Shown: positions 29,844 to 39,800, numbered from the stretch's first letter. The stretch: DNA of 64,000 nucleotides from an uncultured delta proteobacterium (GCA_963745835.1 CAVUZH010000016.1:64001-128000); one strand, 5' to 3'. The notes: a model not told the origin generated them from the letters alone. A program made the numbers and translations.

Positions 29844-31024
29844 GTTCGAGGGAATCCTAGCGTGCGCGCTTGGTCTTCTGCGAGGAACCCTATGACCGGT
29901 GCGACAAGCTCCATGGCCTCTTCATGGGTCGCCGGAAGATGGTTGTAACCTTCGAGGGCCAGTAACCGAGCACCGGGAATTTTGGCCGCAAGCTCTCGTC
30001 CCCCGGAAAACGGCACGTGATCTCCTCTGCGGTGAATAACCAGAGTGGGAACCGAAACATTGGCGAGGATCGGCGTAACATCATCTCGTTTCTGCCTGAG
30101 AGCCATCAGTCGTTCCAATGCCTCACTAGATACCGAGAGCCGTAACCATCGCGCAAGCCTTTCGACATCCTCCCTTGTTCCGCCATGCGGCATCAATCGT
30201 TCTACCCTCATCTTAGAGCCAACTTCCCAACTGGCGCGCATCACGGAGATCGTGACCTCCCGTTGCCTCTTCCGCTCCCTACCGACAGGCTCAAGATCTG
30301 TTCCGTAAAAAACTAGTTGGCTTACGCGATTGGGATGCTTCGCGTAATAGCGCAGCGCCAACAGCGCTCCCCCGCACAGGCCGTACAACGGAAACCTTTC
30401 CAGTTTCAATTCATCCACGACCGCCTCAAGGTCGAGAACGAAATGGTGCTCCGACGACAGGGGGGCATCGCGGTCCGACAGCCCTGTACCGCGCATATCG
30501 AAGCGCACCAACGTATGGCGCCGCGCCAGCGCTTCATAAACTTCGGCGAGGGGTCCCTCGACCAAATCGGCTTCGAGGTGCGTTACAAGCTGCGGGGGAA
30601 TGACGATGGGTGGACCATCTCCCATCGTCGAATAAGCGATTCGCACGCCATCGGCAGTGCTGCAAAAGCGAATGTTCTGCGTTGTCGTTGCCGCGCGCTG
30701 AACGCCATTGCGAACGGGAGCTAAGAATCGATATCCCCGCCGATGCACCGTTTCAATAAATTTTGGCTTGGTGGATATATCTCCGAGCGCCTTGCGAATC
30801 TCGCCGATACAGACAGTCAAAACAGCGTCCGTGACTGCGATATTGGGCCAGAGGGTGTTGAGAAGCGCTTCCTTCGTGACCAACTGATCAGAGTGGTCAG
30901 CCAGATAGCGCAATAGAGAGAAGGCCTTGGGCGTCAGGCGGATCTGCTTTCCGTTTCGCAACAACCGTTCGTTGATCGCGTCCAGGCAAAACGGTTCAAA
31001 AACTAACTCCGTTTGTGATGCCAT
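29840..31024 (-). CDS. OmpR/CadC-type winged-helix regulator fused to alpha/beta-hydrolase domain
   Basis: LTPKAFSLL, VTKEALLNTLW, IETVHRRGYRF; then FCSTADGVRIAY, RFDMRGTGLSD, GLCGG, PTLVIHRRGD, NHL. Confidence 0.88.
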   Translation of the reverse strand: MASQTELVFEPFCLDAINERLLRNGKQIRLTPKAFSLLRYLADHSDQLVTKEALLNTLWPNIAVTDAVLTVCIGEIRKALGDISTKPKFIETVHRRGYRFLAPVRNGVQRAATTTQNIRFCSTADGVRIAYSTMGDGPPIVIPPQLVTHLEADLVEGPLAEVYEALARRHTLVRFDMRGTGLSDRDAPLSSEHHFVLDLEAVVDELKLERFPLYGLCGGALLALRYYAKHPNRVSQLVFYGTDLEPVGRERKRQREVTISVMRASWEVGSKMRVERLMPHGGTREDVERLARWLRLSVSSEALERLMALRQKRDDVTPILANVSVPTLVIHRRGDHVPFSGGRELAAKIPGARLLALEGYNHLPATHEEAMELVAPVIGFLAEDQARTLGFPRT

Positions 31025-31170
31025 ATTCCACTCCTACAGAGCTTAGAAGTATCTTCGACAAACTTTAGTTCTTCTTAAGGACTTCCCCTCTGCCGGGTCA
31101 TTAAATTCACAATCAAAGCTCCGGTTCAACAACGGTGCTCGAAAACATCATTCAGAAACGAGGAGGTAAT

Positions 31171-31644
31171 ATGAAAAACCATGTTCTCGCAATTGTTGCG
31201 GTTGGCATCGGTATCTGTTTTTTGGGAGTCCCTGTGACTTCGGCCCAACATGTCGCACACGTGATGATTACTCCCAGCGATCTCAAGTGGTCCGACGTGC
31301 CATCGTTACCGCCGGGAGCCAAAATCGCTGTTATAGAAGGACCGATGAACGAAGCCGTGCCGTTTACCGTCCGAATCAGATTCCCAGCGGACTACAAGCT
31401 TCCTGCGCACTGGCATCCGGCGGTTGAGCGGGTAACCGTTCTATCCGGCACCTTTCACATGGGCGTCGGCGACAAATTTGATCCACAGAAGACGACTCCT
31501 TTAGCTTCTGGAAGTATCGCGATTATGCAACCGAAGACGAATCACTTCGCCTGGACCAAAGAAGAAACGGTCGTTCAACTCAACGGAGTTGGCCCCTGGG
31601 GCGTCACTTACGTCAACCCGAAAGACGATCCGAGGACGAAGTAG
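31171..31644 (+). CDS. Exported cupin domain protein (DUF4437-like)
   Basis: GGAGG RBS, signal peptide, LPAHWHPAVERVTVLSG, HFAW. Confidence 0.8.
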   Translation: MKNHVLAIVAVGIGICFLGVPVTSAQHVAHVMITPSDLKWSDVPSLPPGAKIAVIEGPMNEAVPFTVRIRFPADYKLPAHWHPAVERVTVLSGTFHMGVGDKFDPQKTTPLASGSIAIMQPKTNHFAWTKEETVVQLNGVGPWGVTYVNPKDDPRTK

Positions 31645-31793
31645 AAACCGAAGTTGCGATAGAAACTTGCTTGACAGCTCAGGATTGGAAGTCCCCAAGC
31701 AATCCGGGCACACGTAAAAATACGCCCGGTTGATCTGGTGTCGGAAAGTAGAACTTCTTGAATTGGAGAAATCGTAGAAAAGAGGGCGATTCA

Positions 31794-32267
31794 ATGTCGG
31801 AATTCCATGAGGGCGGATGTGTTTGTGACGCGGTACGGTATCGCGTCAACGGCGACCCACAAACTGCGTACGTGTGCCACTGCACTTTTTGCCAAAGGCG
31901 TACCGGCAGCGCATTTGCCGTAATCGTCTGGTTCGAAGAGGAGAATGTCGAATTAATGGGCGATGGGCCAACTATCTACGAACATCGGGTCGATGAGAAT
32001 AATCGATGGTTTCGGCTGCATTTCTGCAACCGATGCGGAACAACCGTCATGGCAACCGTCGAACGCCGACCAAGCCGCCGGTTGATTATGGTCGGCACAC
32101 TCGACGACCCCAACTGGGTCAAGTTAGATCGACACATCTGGACGCGTTCTGCCCAACACTGGATGGTTTACCCGCAAGATATGAAGCGCTTCGAGAAAAG
32201 CGCCGGGATAGGCAAGGCCTTGAGTGGCGAAGGGAAATCGGTTCCGAGCGGGCTCACACGTCGGTGA
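31794..32267 (+). CDS. GFA (glutathione-dependent formaldehyde-activating/CENP-V) family protein
   Basis: GGCVCDAVRY, CHCTFCQRRTGS, FCNRCGT, GTLDDP, HIWTRS. Confidence 0.9.
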   Translation: MSEFHEGGCVCDAVRYRVNGDPQTAYVCHCTFCQRRTGSAFAVIVWFEEENVELMGDGPTIYEHRVDENNRWFRLHFCNRCGTTVMATVERRPSRRLIMVGTLDDPNWVKLDRHIWTRSAQHWMVYPQDMKRFEKSAGIGKALSGEGKSVPSGLTRR

Positions 32268-32438
32268 ACTTGAGGCAGGCCCGGCATTTTGCGCTTCAGG
32301 CCGGTCACATGCTGTGATATCAGTGGCGGCAGAGCTTAGTCGCCGCTCGTTTCAGAGTGCGGCATGGGCGGCCCTGGGGTCGCGGCGCGAGCATCTCCTC
32401 GCGCAAAGATTCACGGCTCCACCCCCTTGGAGGAACTC

Positions 32439-33491
32439 ATGGCGACATTTCCGGATTTCACGCTAGCCGCCATCCAGGCGGCGCCTGTTTACTTCGACCG
32501 CGACGCTTCGACCGAAAAGGCCTGCAGACTGATTGAGCAAGCGGCGCGGAAGGGAGCCACGCTGGCGGCGTTTAGCGAGACCTGGCTGCCGGGCTATCCG
32601 TTTTTTCATAACTCTTCACGCCGCACCGAAGCTGCGGCGGACTATCTGGCAAACGCCGTGGAAATTCCTAGCCCGACCACGGAACGCCTGTGCGAAGCTG
32701 CCCATGATGTCGGGATTGACGTAGTCGTCGGCATCGTCGAGCTCGATAAACGGACACGCGGTACCGTCTATTGCACCATGCTGTTCATCAGCCGCGAAGG
32801 CAAGATCCTCGGCCGGCATCGCAAGCTCAAGCCGACCGCTACAGAGCGCGCGGTTTGGGGAGAAGGTGACGGAGTCGGTCTCACTGTTTACGAGCGCCCT
32901 TACGGCCGCATCAGCGGCTTGGCCTGCTGGGAGCATATGATGCTGCTCCCCGGATATACCCTGATGGCTCAGGGCACTCAGATTCACATAGCAACATGGC
33001 CCTATCCCCGCACTCTATTTGATTTCGGCGGTCTACTCCTGTCGCGCGCTTTCGCACTCCAGGGGAGTTGTTACGTGATGGCGGTTTGTTCCCTGTTGAG
33101 ACCGGACGATGTCCCGGAAGCTTATCGTGAACTGACAACCGAGCGTGATCGAAACAAGGCCGAAAGCGGCAGTTGCATCATCGCGCCGGGCGGAGAAGTA
33201 GTCGCAGCCGCTTCGGCCAACGAAGAAACGATTCTGACGGCGACGGTGTCGCTAGAAGCGGTACTCCGCTCCAAGGCTCGACTCGACGTTGGAGGCCACT
33301 ACTCTCGCCCGGATGTCTTGAAGCTGTTGGTGAATCGCGGCCCACTTGAGCGGGTCTTAGACATGAGTCATGCCGATTCCACAAACCATGGTGCAGTAGA
33401 TGTCCATACCAAGGACGCTTTCGGCGTGATCGAACAAGAAACTGTGGGAGAAGTCTCAATGGGCCACGCTCAATCTCCGAAGTCGAGATGA
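32439..33491 (+). CDS. Nitrilase / carbon-nitrogen hydrolase
   Basis: E-K-C triad: FSETWLPGYP, HRKLKPT, LACWEH; also DVGGHYSRPDV. Confidence 0.92.
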   Translation: MATFPDFTLAAIQAAPVYFDRDASTEKACRLIEQAARKGATLAAFSETWLPGYPFFHNSSRRTEAAADYLANAVEIPSPTTERLCEAAHDVGIDVVVGIVELDKRTRGTVYCTMLFISREGKILGRHRKLKPTATERAVWGEGDGVGLTVYERPYGRISGLACWEHMMLLPGYTLMAQGTQIHIATWPYPRTLFDFGGLLLSRAFALQGSCYVMAVCSLLRPDDVPEAYRELTTERDRNKAESGSCIIAPGGEVVAAASANEETILTATVSLEAVLRSKARLDVGGHYSRPDVLKLLVNRGPLERVLDMSHADSTNHGAVDVHTKDAFGVIEQETVGEVSMGHAQSPKSR

Positions 33492-33560
33492 TAGAACCTC
33501 ACAGGGGATTCGCTTAGTTCGTCCTCTCTCTGTGCGGGCAGAGATTTGAAGGCTACCTAC

Positions 33561-33744
33561 TTCTTCGGCGCCATCGAGATCGACGGCTTCATCGACAAAG
33601 ACGAATTCAAAAAGCAGATCGACGAATGGATTCGAATCCTTCGCAGCACCAACCCGCTCCCGGCACCAACGGCCCGGTCCTCCGGGCGACCCGGAGCGCG
33701 CAGCCGAAGCGATCCGGAGCAAAGAAGCAGTCCCGCTGCTCAAA
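33561..33744 (+). repeat. Displaced 3'-end copy 1 of the Ldh_2 gene (decayed)
   Basis: TTCTTCGGCGCCAT..ATCGACGGCTTCATCGACAAAGACGAATT... aligns to 28423-28608. Confidence 0.9.
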
Positions 33745-34058
33745 AGAGACGCAACCCAAAAATCACCCTCTAAAATAACCCTTTGGTGCTTCATTCCTTC
33801 AGATCCCTGAGCTGCTCACCTACATTCGACGACTGGAACTGTCCAACTATTCTTAGTGATCGTTTACTTTGAACGGCCGCTTGTCGGCGACCGGTTTGAA
33901 TATCTGAAACGATTCTAACGCGATGCCGGTTGCCTCGGGACTGGAAAATATCCAGTTCGTGAAAGAATTTCCGCAAGCCGAGGTGTATACTCATACTAGC
34001 TGGAGTGGAGGAGTTAAAAATTTCTCAGTTCGATTATTGAAATTCGGGGAGAATCGAC

Positions 34059-35438
34059 ATGACGAAGATCTCCGCTAACGTGCTCGAAGCCGTCGGTAAC
34101 ACTCCGGTCGTCCGTCTCAACCATGTTACCGCCGGAATTTCTGCGACGGTCTGTGTGAAACTCGAGGCGTCCAATCCGGGAAGGAGCGTTAAGGACAGAA
34201 TCGCGCTCGCGGTGGTCGAGGATGCGGAGAGGAAGGGATTGCTCAAGCCGGGAGGCACGATCGTCGAGCCCACTTCGGGGAACATGGGCGTGGCGCTGGC
34301 GATTGTCGCTGCAGTGAAGGGTTACAAGTGTATCTTTACGATCCCGGACAAAATGAGCATCGAAAAAATTCGCCGGTTGCGAGCTTTCGGCGCGGAGGTC
34401 GTCGTGACTCCCACGGCGGTGCCGCCGGAATCCTCCCAGTCCTACTATTCGGTTGCCAAACGTCTCGCCGACGAGATCCCGGGTGCCTATATGCCCATGC
34501 AGTACGATAATCTCGCGAACCGGGAGGCTCATTACGCCTCCACGGGTCCGGAGATCTGGGAGCAGACCGACGGCAAGATCACACACTTTGTCGCCGGGAT
34601 CGGCACCGCAGGGACAATCTCGGGAACTGCCAAATACCTGAAAGAAAAAAATCCGCAGTGCACGGTTATCGGAGTCGATCCCGAGGGATCGATCCTCGCG
34701 AAGGCTTTTAAACGCGAGAAGTGGTCATGGAGCGACTCACACCCTTACAAGGTCGAAGGGATTGGCGAGGACTTTGTGCCGAAGAACCTGCTCATCGAAT
34801 ACATCGACGACGTGGTAACGGTTTCCGACCGCGACTCGTTTCTGATGGGCAGGCGGCTTACGCGGGAGGAAGGCCTCTTCTGCGGGGGATCTTCCGGTTC
34901 GGCCGTTGCGGGCGCGCTTGAATACGCTCGGGAGCGGCGGCTCGGCAAGGACAACCTCGTCGTCGTCTTACTTCCCGACGCGGGGGAAATTTATCTTTCG
35001 AAGATGTATTCCGATGAATGGATGAGGCAAAACCAGTTTCTTGGAAAAAGCGCCCGGGTGGGCGACATTCTCCAATCGAAGCGGCGAAAGCTCCCCGAGC
35101 TCCTGTCGGTCGAGACAACAGCCGTCGTGCGCGATGCGATCACGACCATGAACCGATTCGGTGTCTCGCAACTCCCGGTGTTCGATAAGGGGAATCTTAT
35201 CGGGTCGCTATGCGAGAGCGTACTCTTTCAGAGATCTATGGAGAGTCCCGAGGTGATGGATCTTACCGTTGGAGCTCTGCTCGAGCCGCCGTTTCCCACG
35301 ATCGGGCCGGACGAAGACGTCTATGAGGTCGTGCAGCTCCTCAAGTCTTCCCCCGCTGTTCTCGTCCGCGACGCGGAGAAGTACCAGGGAATCGTGACAC
35401 GATTCGACGTCGTCGGTCACATAGGTGGACAGTCCTGA
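34059..35438 (+). CDS. cbs: Cystathionine beta-synthase (PLP domain + C-terminal CBS domains)
   Basis: GNTPVVRL, SVKDRIA, EPTSGN, GPEIWEQTDG, YKVEGIGEDF, SKMYSDEWM, CBS pair (SQLPV). Confidence 0.9.
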   Translation: MTKISANVLEAVGNTPVVRLNHVTAGISATVCVKLEASNPGRSVKDRIALAVVEDAERKGLLKPGGTIVEPTSGNMGVALAIVAAVKGYKCIFTIPDKMSIEKIRRLRAFGAEVVVTPTAVPPESSQSYYSVAKRLADEIPGAYMPMQYDNLANREAHYASTGPEIWEQTDGKITHFVAGIGTAGTISGTAKYLKEKNPQCTVIGVDPEGSILAKAFKREKWSWSDSHPYKVEGIGEDFVPKNLLIEYIDDVVTVSDRDSFLMGRRLTREEGLFCGGSSGSAVAGALEYARERRLGKDNLVVVLLPDAGEIYLSKMYSDEWMRQNQFLGKSARVGDILQSKRRKLPELLSVETTAVVRDAITTMNRFGVSQLPVFDKGNLIGSLCESVLFQRSMESPEVMDLTVGALLEPPFPTIGPDEDVYEVVQLLKSSPAVLVRDAEKYQGIVTRFDVVGHIGGQS

Positions 35439-36604
35439 TGGCACGAAAAACGGGCGGTGAGTCCAGGCGATTTGCTACGCGCGCGATCCACGCCGGACAA
35501 GAACCGGAACCCGCAACCGGAGCGATCACCGTTCCGATCTATCAGACCAGCACTTTCGCGCAGAGCGCGCCCGGCATTCACAAAGGCTACGACTACTCGA
35601 GGACCGACAATCCGACGCGCACCGCCCTCCAGACCGCGCTCGCGAGCTTGGAGTCGGCCGAATCCTGCCTCGCCTTCTCTTCCGGTATGGGCGCCGCGAC
35701 TACCGCGATGCTCCTGCTCAAAAGGGGCGATCACGTGGTCTCCTCGCGCGACGTTTACGGCGGCACCTACCGGCTCTTCAGGGCCGTGTTGCAAAATTTC
35801 GGGCTGACGTTTTCCTTCGTCGAAACTTCAAACGTCAGAGAAGTCGAGCGCGCCATGACTCGGCGCACCCGCCTTGTTTGGATCGAGTCGCCGACCAACC
35901 CGCTGCTCCGGATTACCGACATCAAGACAGCGGCGAAAATCGCCCACCGCCACGGCGCGCTCTGCCTGGTCGACAACACCTTCGCGTCGCCGGTTTTTCA
36001 GCGACCGCTCGAGCTCGGCGCCGATCTCGCCCTCCACTCGACGACAAAGTACCTGGCGGGACACGCGGACGTCGTCGGGGGAGCGATCTGTCTCAATGAA
36101 CCCTCACTCTATAAGCGGCTCAAGTTCCTGCAAAACGCCGCCGGCGCGACGCCTTCGCCCTTCGATTGCTTTCTCACACTTCGAGGGATAAAGACCCTCG
36201 CCCTGCGCATGCGGGAGCATGAAAAGAACGCGATGCAGATCGCGCAGTTCCTGCAAGATCATGCGCGCGTACGACGGGTCTACTATCCCGGACTCGAAAA
36301 TCATCCTGGCCATGATGTCGCGGCTGCCCAAATGGACGGCTTCAGCGGCATCGTTTCGTTTGAGGTAAAGGGAGGACTCGCGCAAGCGCGCCGCGTTCTG
36401 GCGCGCTTGCGTCTCTTCAAGATCGCCGAAAGTCTCGGCGGCGTCGAGTCGCTCGTCGAGTTGCCCGCAGTCATGACCCATGCCTCGATCCCCAAACCAG
36501 AGCGCAAGAAGGCGGGACTCGATGACGGACTGATCCGTCTGTCAGTGGGAATTGAGGACCTACAGGATCTTCTTGAGGATCTGAACCGAGGACTGGACCG
36601 GTAA
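35438..36604 (+). CDS. Cystathionine gamma-lyase/synthase (Cys/Met PLP family)
   Basis: FATRAIHAGQ, YSRTDNPT, ESPTNP, VDNTFASP, HSTTKYLAGH, AESLGGVESL, IRLSVGIE; TGATG coupling with cbs. Confidence 0.92.
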   Translation: MARKTGGESRRFATRAIHAGQEPEPATGAITVPIYQTSTFAQSAPGIHKGYDYSRTDNPTRTALQTALASLESAESCLAFSSGMGAATTAMLLLKRGDHVVSSRDVYGGTYRLFRAVLQNFGLTFSFVETSNVREVERAMTRRTRLVWIESPTNPLLRITDIKTAAKIAHRHGALCLVDNTFASPVFQRPLELGADLALHSTTKYLAGHADVVGGAICLNEPSLYKRLKFLQNAAGATPSPFDCFLTLRGIKTLALRMREHEKNAMQIAQFLQDHARVRRVYYPGLENHPGHDVAAAQMDGFSGIVSFEVKGGLAQARRVLARLRLFKIAESLGGVESLVELPAVMTHASIPKPERKKAGLDDGLIRLSVGIEDLQDLLEDLNRGLDR

Positions 36605-36898
36605 GACGGAGTTCGTGGGCAATAACTCACGCCAGTCCGCACCCGTCCCAAATTGCATCGCGCTTGCTCCGAACGTTGAACGACTGAAATGAGTTGGACC
36701 TATAAGCGACTTGAACGGCTGGTGCTGCAGAATATATGAATCCAGAGTCCTGACTCCGCAATTTTTGTTGGGCGTCTTTTTCAGCTGTACTCTATAAAGA
36801 CAAAATTGCCTTACAAGCAAATTAAGCGATAATAGAATGCAACCGCCCAGAGAGTGATCGTGAGCCATGGCAATAAAGTAATGTGAGCGGTTCGCAGC

Positions 36899-37198
36899 GT
36901 CGGCAAAGGCATCGGCCATTTCTTCGGCGCCATGCAGATCGACGGCTTCATCGACAAAGACGAATTCAAAAAGCAGATCGACGAATGGATTCGGGTTTTT
37001 CGCAACACCAAACCCGCTCCCGACAGCAGCGGCACGCTGATCCCCGGCGATCCCGAGAGAGAAGCCGAGGCGATTCGAAGCAAAGAGGGTATTCCGCTGT
37101 TGAAACCCGTCATGGATGATTTGCTGGAGATAGCAAAGAAGACCGGGATACCGTTTAAGTTGGAAAAGGGAAGGCTTGCCGTTAAAAAGAACCCATAG
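36899..37198 (+). repeat. Displaced 3'-end copy 2 of the Ldh_2 gene (frame still open)
   Basis: VGKGIGHFFGAMQIDGFIDKDEFKKQIDEWIR...GIPF aligns to 28402-28659, with mostly synonymous changes. Confidence 0.92.
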
Positions 37199-37589
37199 AA
37201 ATAATTCAAGGAGCAGGTCAATGCCTTACAATGTCAAAGGCCGCGGCCGAATCCTTTACAAAGGATCTCTTCGGCACACTCAGCTACATTTCCGGTCACG
37301 GCGGCCGATTTCTGTGCAAGACAACGGTGACCAGCGGACCGGCGAAGAATCAATCCGCGGAACTGATTCAGCACGAACGGTCATACAGGATTGCGCTTTC
37401 AACCGAACTCGAATGCTGGTATGGAATTTTCCAGGTCGTGAGCGAGCGGTGAGAAACATGGCAAGAGCGTGCAGCCGAAGACAAATGTCTGCGGTATCCA
37501 GCAAAAGATTCTTCTCCTTCAAGCAGATTCTGTGCTCGCGGTTTCTACTCTAGAGTTCCGATTCTCAGAACCGAGAAAGAAAAACAACA

Positions 37590-38627
37590 ATGGAAGCGCA
37601 GAAACACGAATGCATCGGAATTGTCGCTCTGGCTTCGGTCCTGATAATTCTATCGACTGCCGCGATCGCCTCATCTCAGGATGGAAGGCTCGCCGAGGCG
37701 CGACGCGAGGGCAAGGTCGTCTGGTACACGGGAGCCGCTCTGATGACTGCCGAGCGTGTCGCCAGACTCTTTGAACAGGCTCATCCCGATATCAAAGTGG
37801 AAGTTCATCGCTCAGGCTCTGAGCGGATTCTCCAGCGTCTCATGCAAGAGGCCACCGCCGGCATCAAAAACGCCGATGTTTTTAATTCTTCCGATGCAGG
37901 GCACTATGTGCTCTTAAAGAAGAAGGGCATGCTAGCTAAACACACGCCGGTGGGTGCGGAGCGTTTTCCTGACGGTTTTCGCGACCCGGACGGCACCGTT
38001 TTTGGCTGGCGCGCATTCTTAATCGTCATGTCGTACAACTCCAAACTGTTGCCCGCTGGAGAGGCGCCCAAGACATGGAAGGATCTGCTCGATCCGAAAT
38101 GGAAGGGAAAGCTGGTTACCGCTCATCCCAGCTACAGCGGCAGTATCGCAAGCTATATGCTGGCGCTGTTGAATATTTACGGATGGGATTATTTCAAACA
38201 ATTGGCACAGAACAAACCGCATCTGACCCAATCGGTGCATGATCCGGCACAACTGGTCGCCGCGGGAGAGCGCATCGTGGGGGCCAACGGCGCGGATTAT
38301 TTTCTTTATTCGGAGAGAAAAAAGGGTAACCCAATTGGCATCGTCTATCCGCAGGATGGCGCTCCGCTGATTGTTTCGCCGTCGGCGATCACAAGCTTTT
38401 CTCTTCGCCCGTCCGCCGCCAGGCTGTTTACAGACTTCATTTTCACTAAAGAGGTGCAACAGTTCTTAGCCGACAGCGAAGCACTGTATGTTCCTCATGC
38501 CGAGGTCACCTATGCCTCGGACAGAGCGAAACTTTCCGAACTGAAGATCTTGACGGTGGACCCCGAGGAACTCGAACGGCGCACCGAGGAGATCAAGAAG
38601 CGGTTTGTTGAATTCTTCGGCGCGTAA
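37590..38627 (+). CDS. ABC substrate-binding protein (AfuA/Fe3+-like)
   Basis: ARREGKVVWYT, APKTWKDLLDPKWKGK, AARLFTDF. Confidence 0.85.
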   Translation: MEAQKHECIGIVALASVLIILSTAAIASSQDGRLAEARREGKVVWYTGAALMTAERVARLFEQAHPDIKVEVHRSGSERILQRLMQEATAGIKNADVFNSSDAGHYVLLKKKGMLAKHTPVGAERFPDGFRDPDGTVFGWRAFLIVMSYNSKLLPAGEAPKTWKDLLDPKWKGKLVTAHPSYSGSIASYMLALLNIYGWDYFKQLAQNKPHLTQSVHDPAQLVAAGERIVGANGADYFLYSERKKGNPIGIVYPQDGAPLIVSPSAITSFSLRPSAARLFTDFIFTKEVQQFLADSEALYVPHAEVTYASDRAKLSELKILTVDPEELERRTEEIKKRFVEFFGA

Positions 38628-38829
38628 GCAAGAAAGAGCATGCCCATCATCGTCACCATTGCCTAAGAACGAGTTGAGCTCCTACCCTCGGGCAATGCGC
38701 GAGGCTCAAACCAGCGTGTTAGACGTTACAAAAGGAGAGGATGATATTAGCTGGAGGCGGATTCGATCAGCACGTCATCTCGCTGCGCAGACAGAGAAAG
38801 GCTCGACCTTCGAACATATTGAAATGAAA

Positions 38830-39062
38830 GCTTTATCGAAAACTCGAGTTCCAAAAAACAGATGGATGAATGGATTCGCATCTTTCGCAACACCAAACCC
38901 GCTCCCGACAACAGCGGTCCGCTGATCCCCGGCGATCCCGAGCGAGAAGCCGAGGCGATTCGCAGCAAAGAAGGTATTCCACTCTTAAAACCAGTCGTGG
39001 ACGATTTGTTGGAGATTGCGGAGAAAACAGCGATACCGTTTGAGATCAGCCGGCTGATATGA
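38830..39062 (+). repeat. Displaced 3'-end copy 3 of the Ldh_2 gene
   Basis: KKQMDEWIRIFRNTKPAPDNSGPLIPGDPEREAEAIRSKEGIPLLKPVVDDLLEIAEKTAIPFEI. Confidence 0.9.
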
Positions 39063-39097
39063 TTCGGCCGATCAGCCTAACTTAAAATGGAGGAGCT

Positions 39098-39409
39098 ATG
39101 GTGACAGCATTCGTTCAATTCAAGATACCTGCGCCTCTGAGCCGGGAGCAAGCCAAAGAGGTATTTATGAGCACCGCGCCGAAGTACCAACAGGCACCAG
39201 GATTGATTCGCAAGTACTATCTCCTCTCCGAAGATGGTGGCACGGCCGGTGGTGTGTACTTATGGCGATCACGAGAGGATGCCGAGAGTCTCTATACGGA
39301 GGAATGGAAGAACTTCGTCAAAGAAAAATATGGCGCTGAACCGACGATTGTCTATTTTCAGACTCCGGTTGTCGTCGACAATCTTACAAAGGAGATTATC
39401 AGAGATTAG
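39098..39409 (+). CDS. YdhR-like dimeric alpha/beta-barrel putative monooxygenase
   Basis: PGLIRKYYL, AGGVYLW; GGAGG RBS. Confidence 0.75.
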   Translation: MVTAFVQFKIPAPLSREQAKEVFMSTAPKYQQAPGLIRKYYLLSEDGGTAGGVYLWRSREDAESLYTEEWKNFVKEKYGAEPTIVYFQTPVVVDNLTKEIIRD

Positions 39410-39569
39410 CCGTTTACAGCCCGGGTGGGACGTAGCGTCTGACAGTGGGAACAGATTCAAAAACAAAGACGAGGTCCGGCACAAGCTGTGACCCGATCCA
39501 CGCGATCCGAGAAGGAGCTGACGCCGTTCGGAGCAAAGAAGACCCCTCGAGGAACTCTTGGTAGACGCT

Positions 39570-39800
39570 TTATTCTTCACTGTCGATGATAAAAGACCGC
39601 AGCGTTTCATAGACATCGCGCCGATGACCGACTAGGAGTACTTGACTGTCATTTCAGCGTCGTTGCGACGGTAAACGATCGGTATCTCTTTGCCTTCAAC
39701 GATCGATAGCCCTCCAGCTCTCCGGTTAATTCCGAACCGGACTCAGGATTGACCGAAAGCTCGTCATTGGAAGTGCGAGACAAATCGTTTCACGTCCGCA
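39570..39800 (-). pseudogene. RelE/ParE-family toxin remnant
   Basis: Across two indels it reads DELSVNPESGSELTGELEGYRSLKAKRYRIVYRRND...VLLVGHRRDVYETLR*. Confidence 0.7.

Noticed and set aside
37176-37553. Short overlapping ORFs after tail copy 2
   Set aside because: No recognisable family in any frame; probably decayed cargo.
28402-39062. Ldh_2 tail copies as a DGR template/variable repeat pair
   Set aside because: Differences are not adenine-specific but mostly third-codon changes, and there is no reverse transcriptase in the window.
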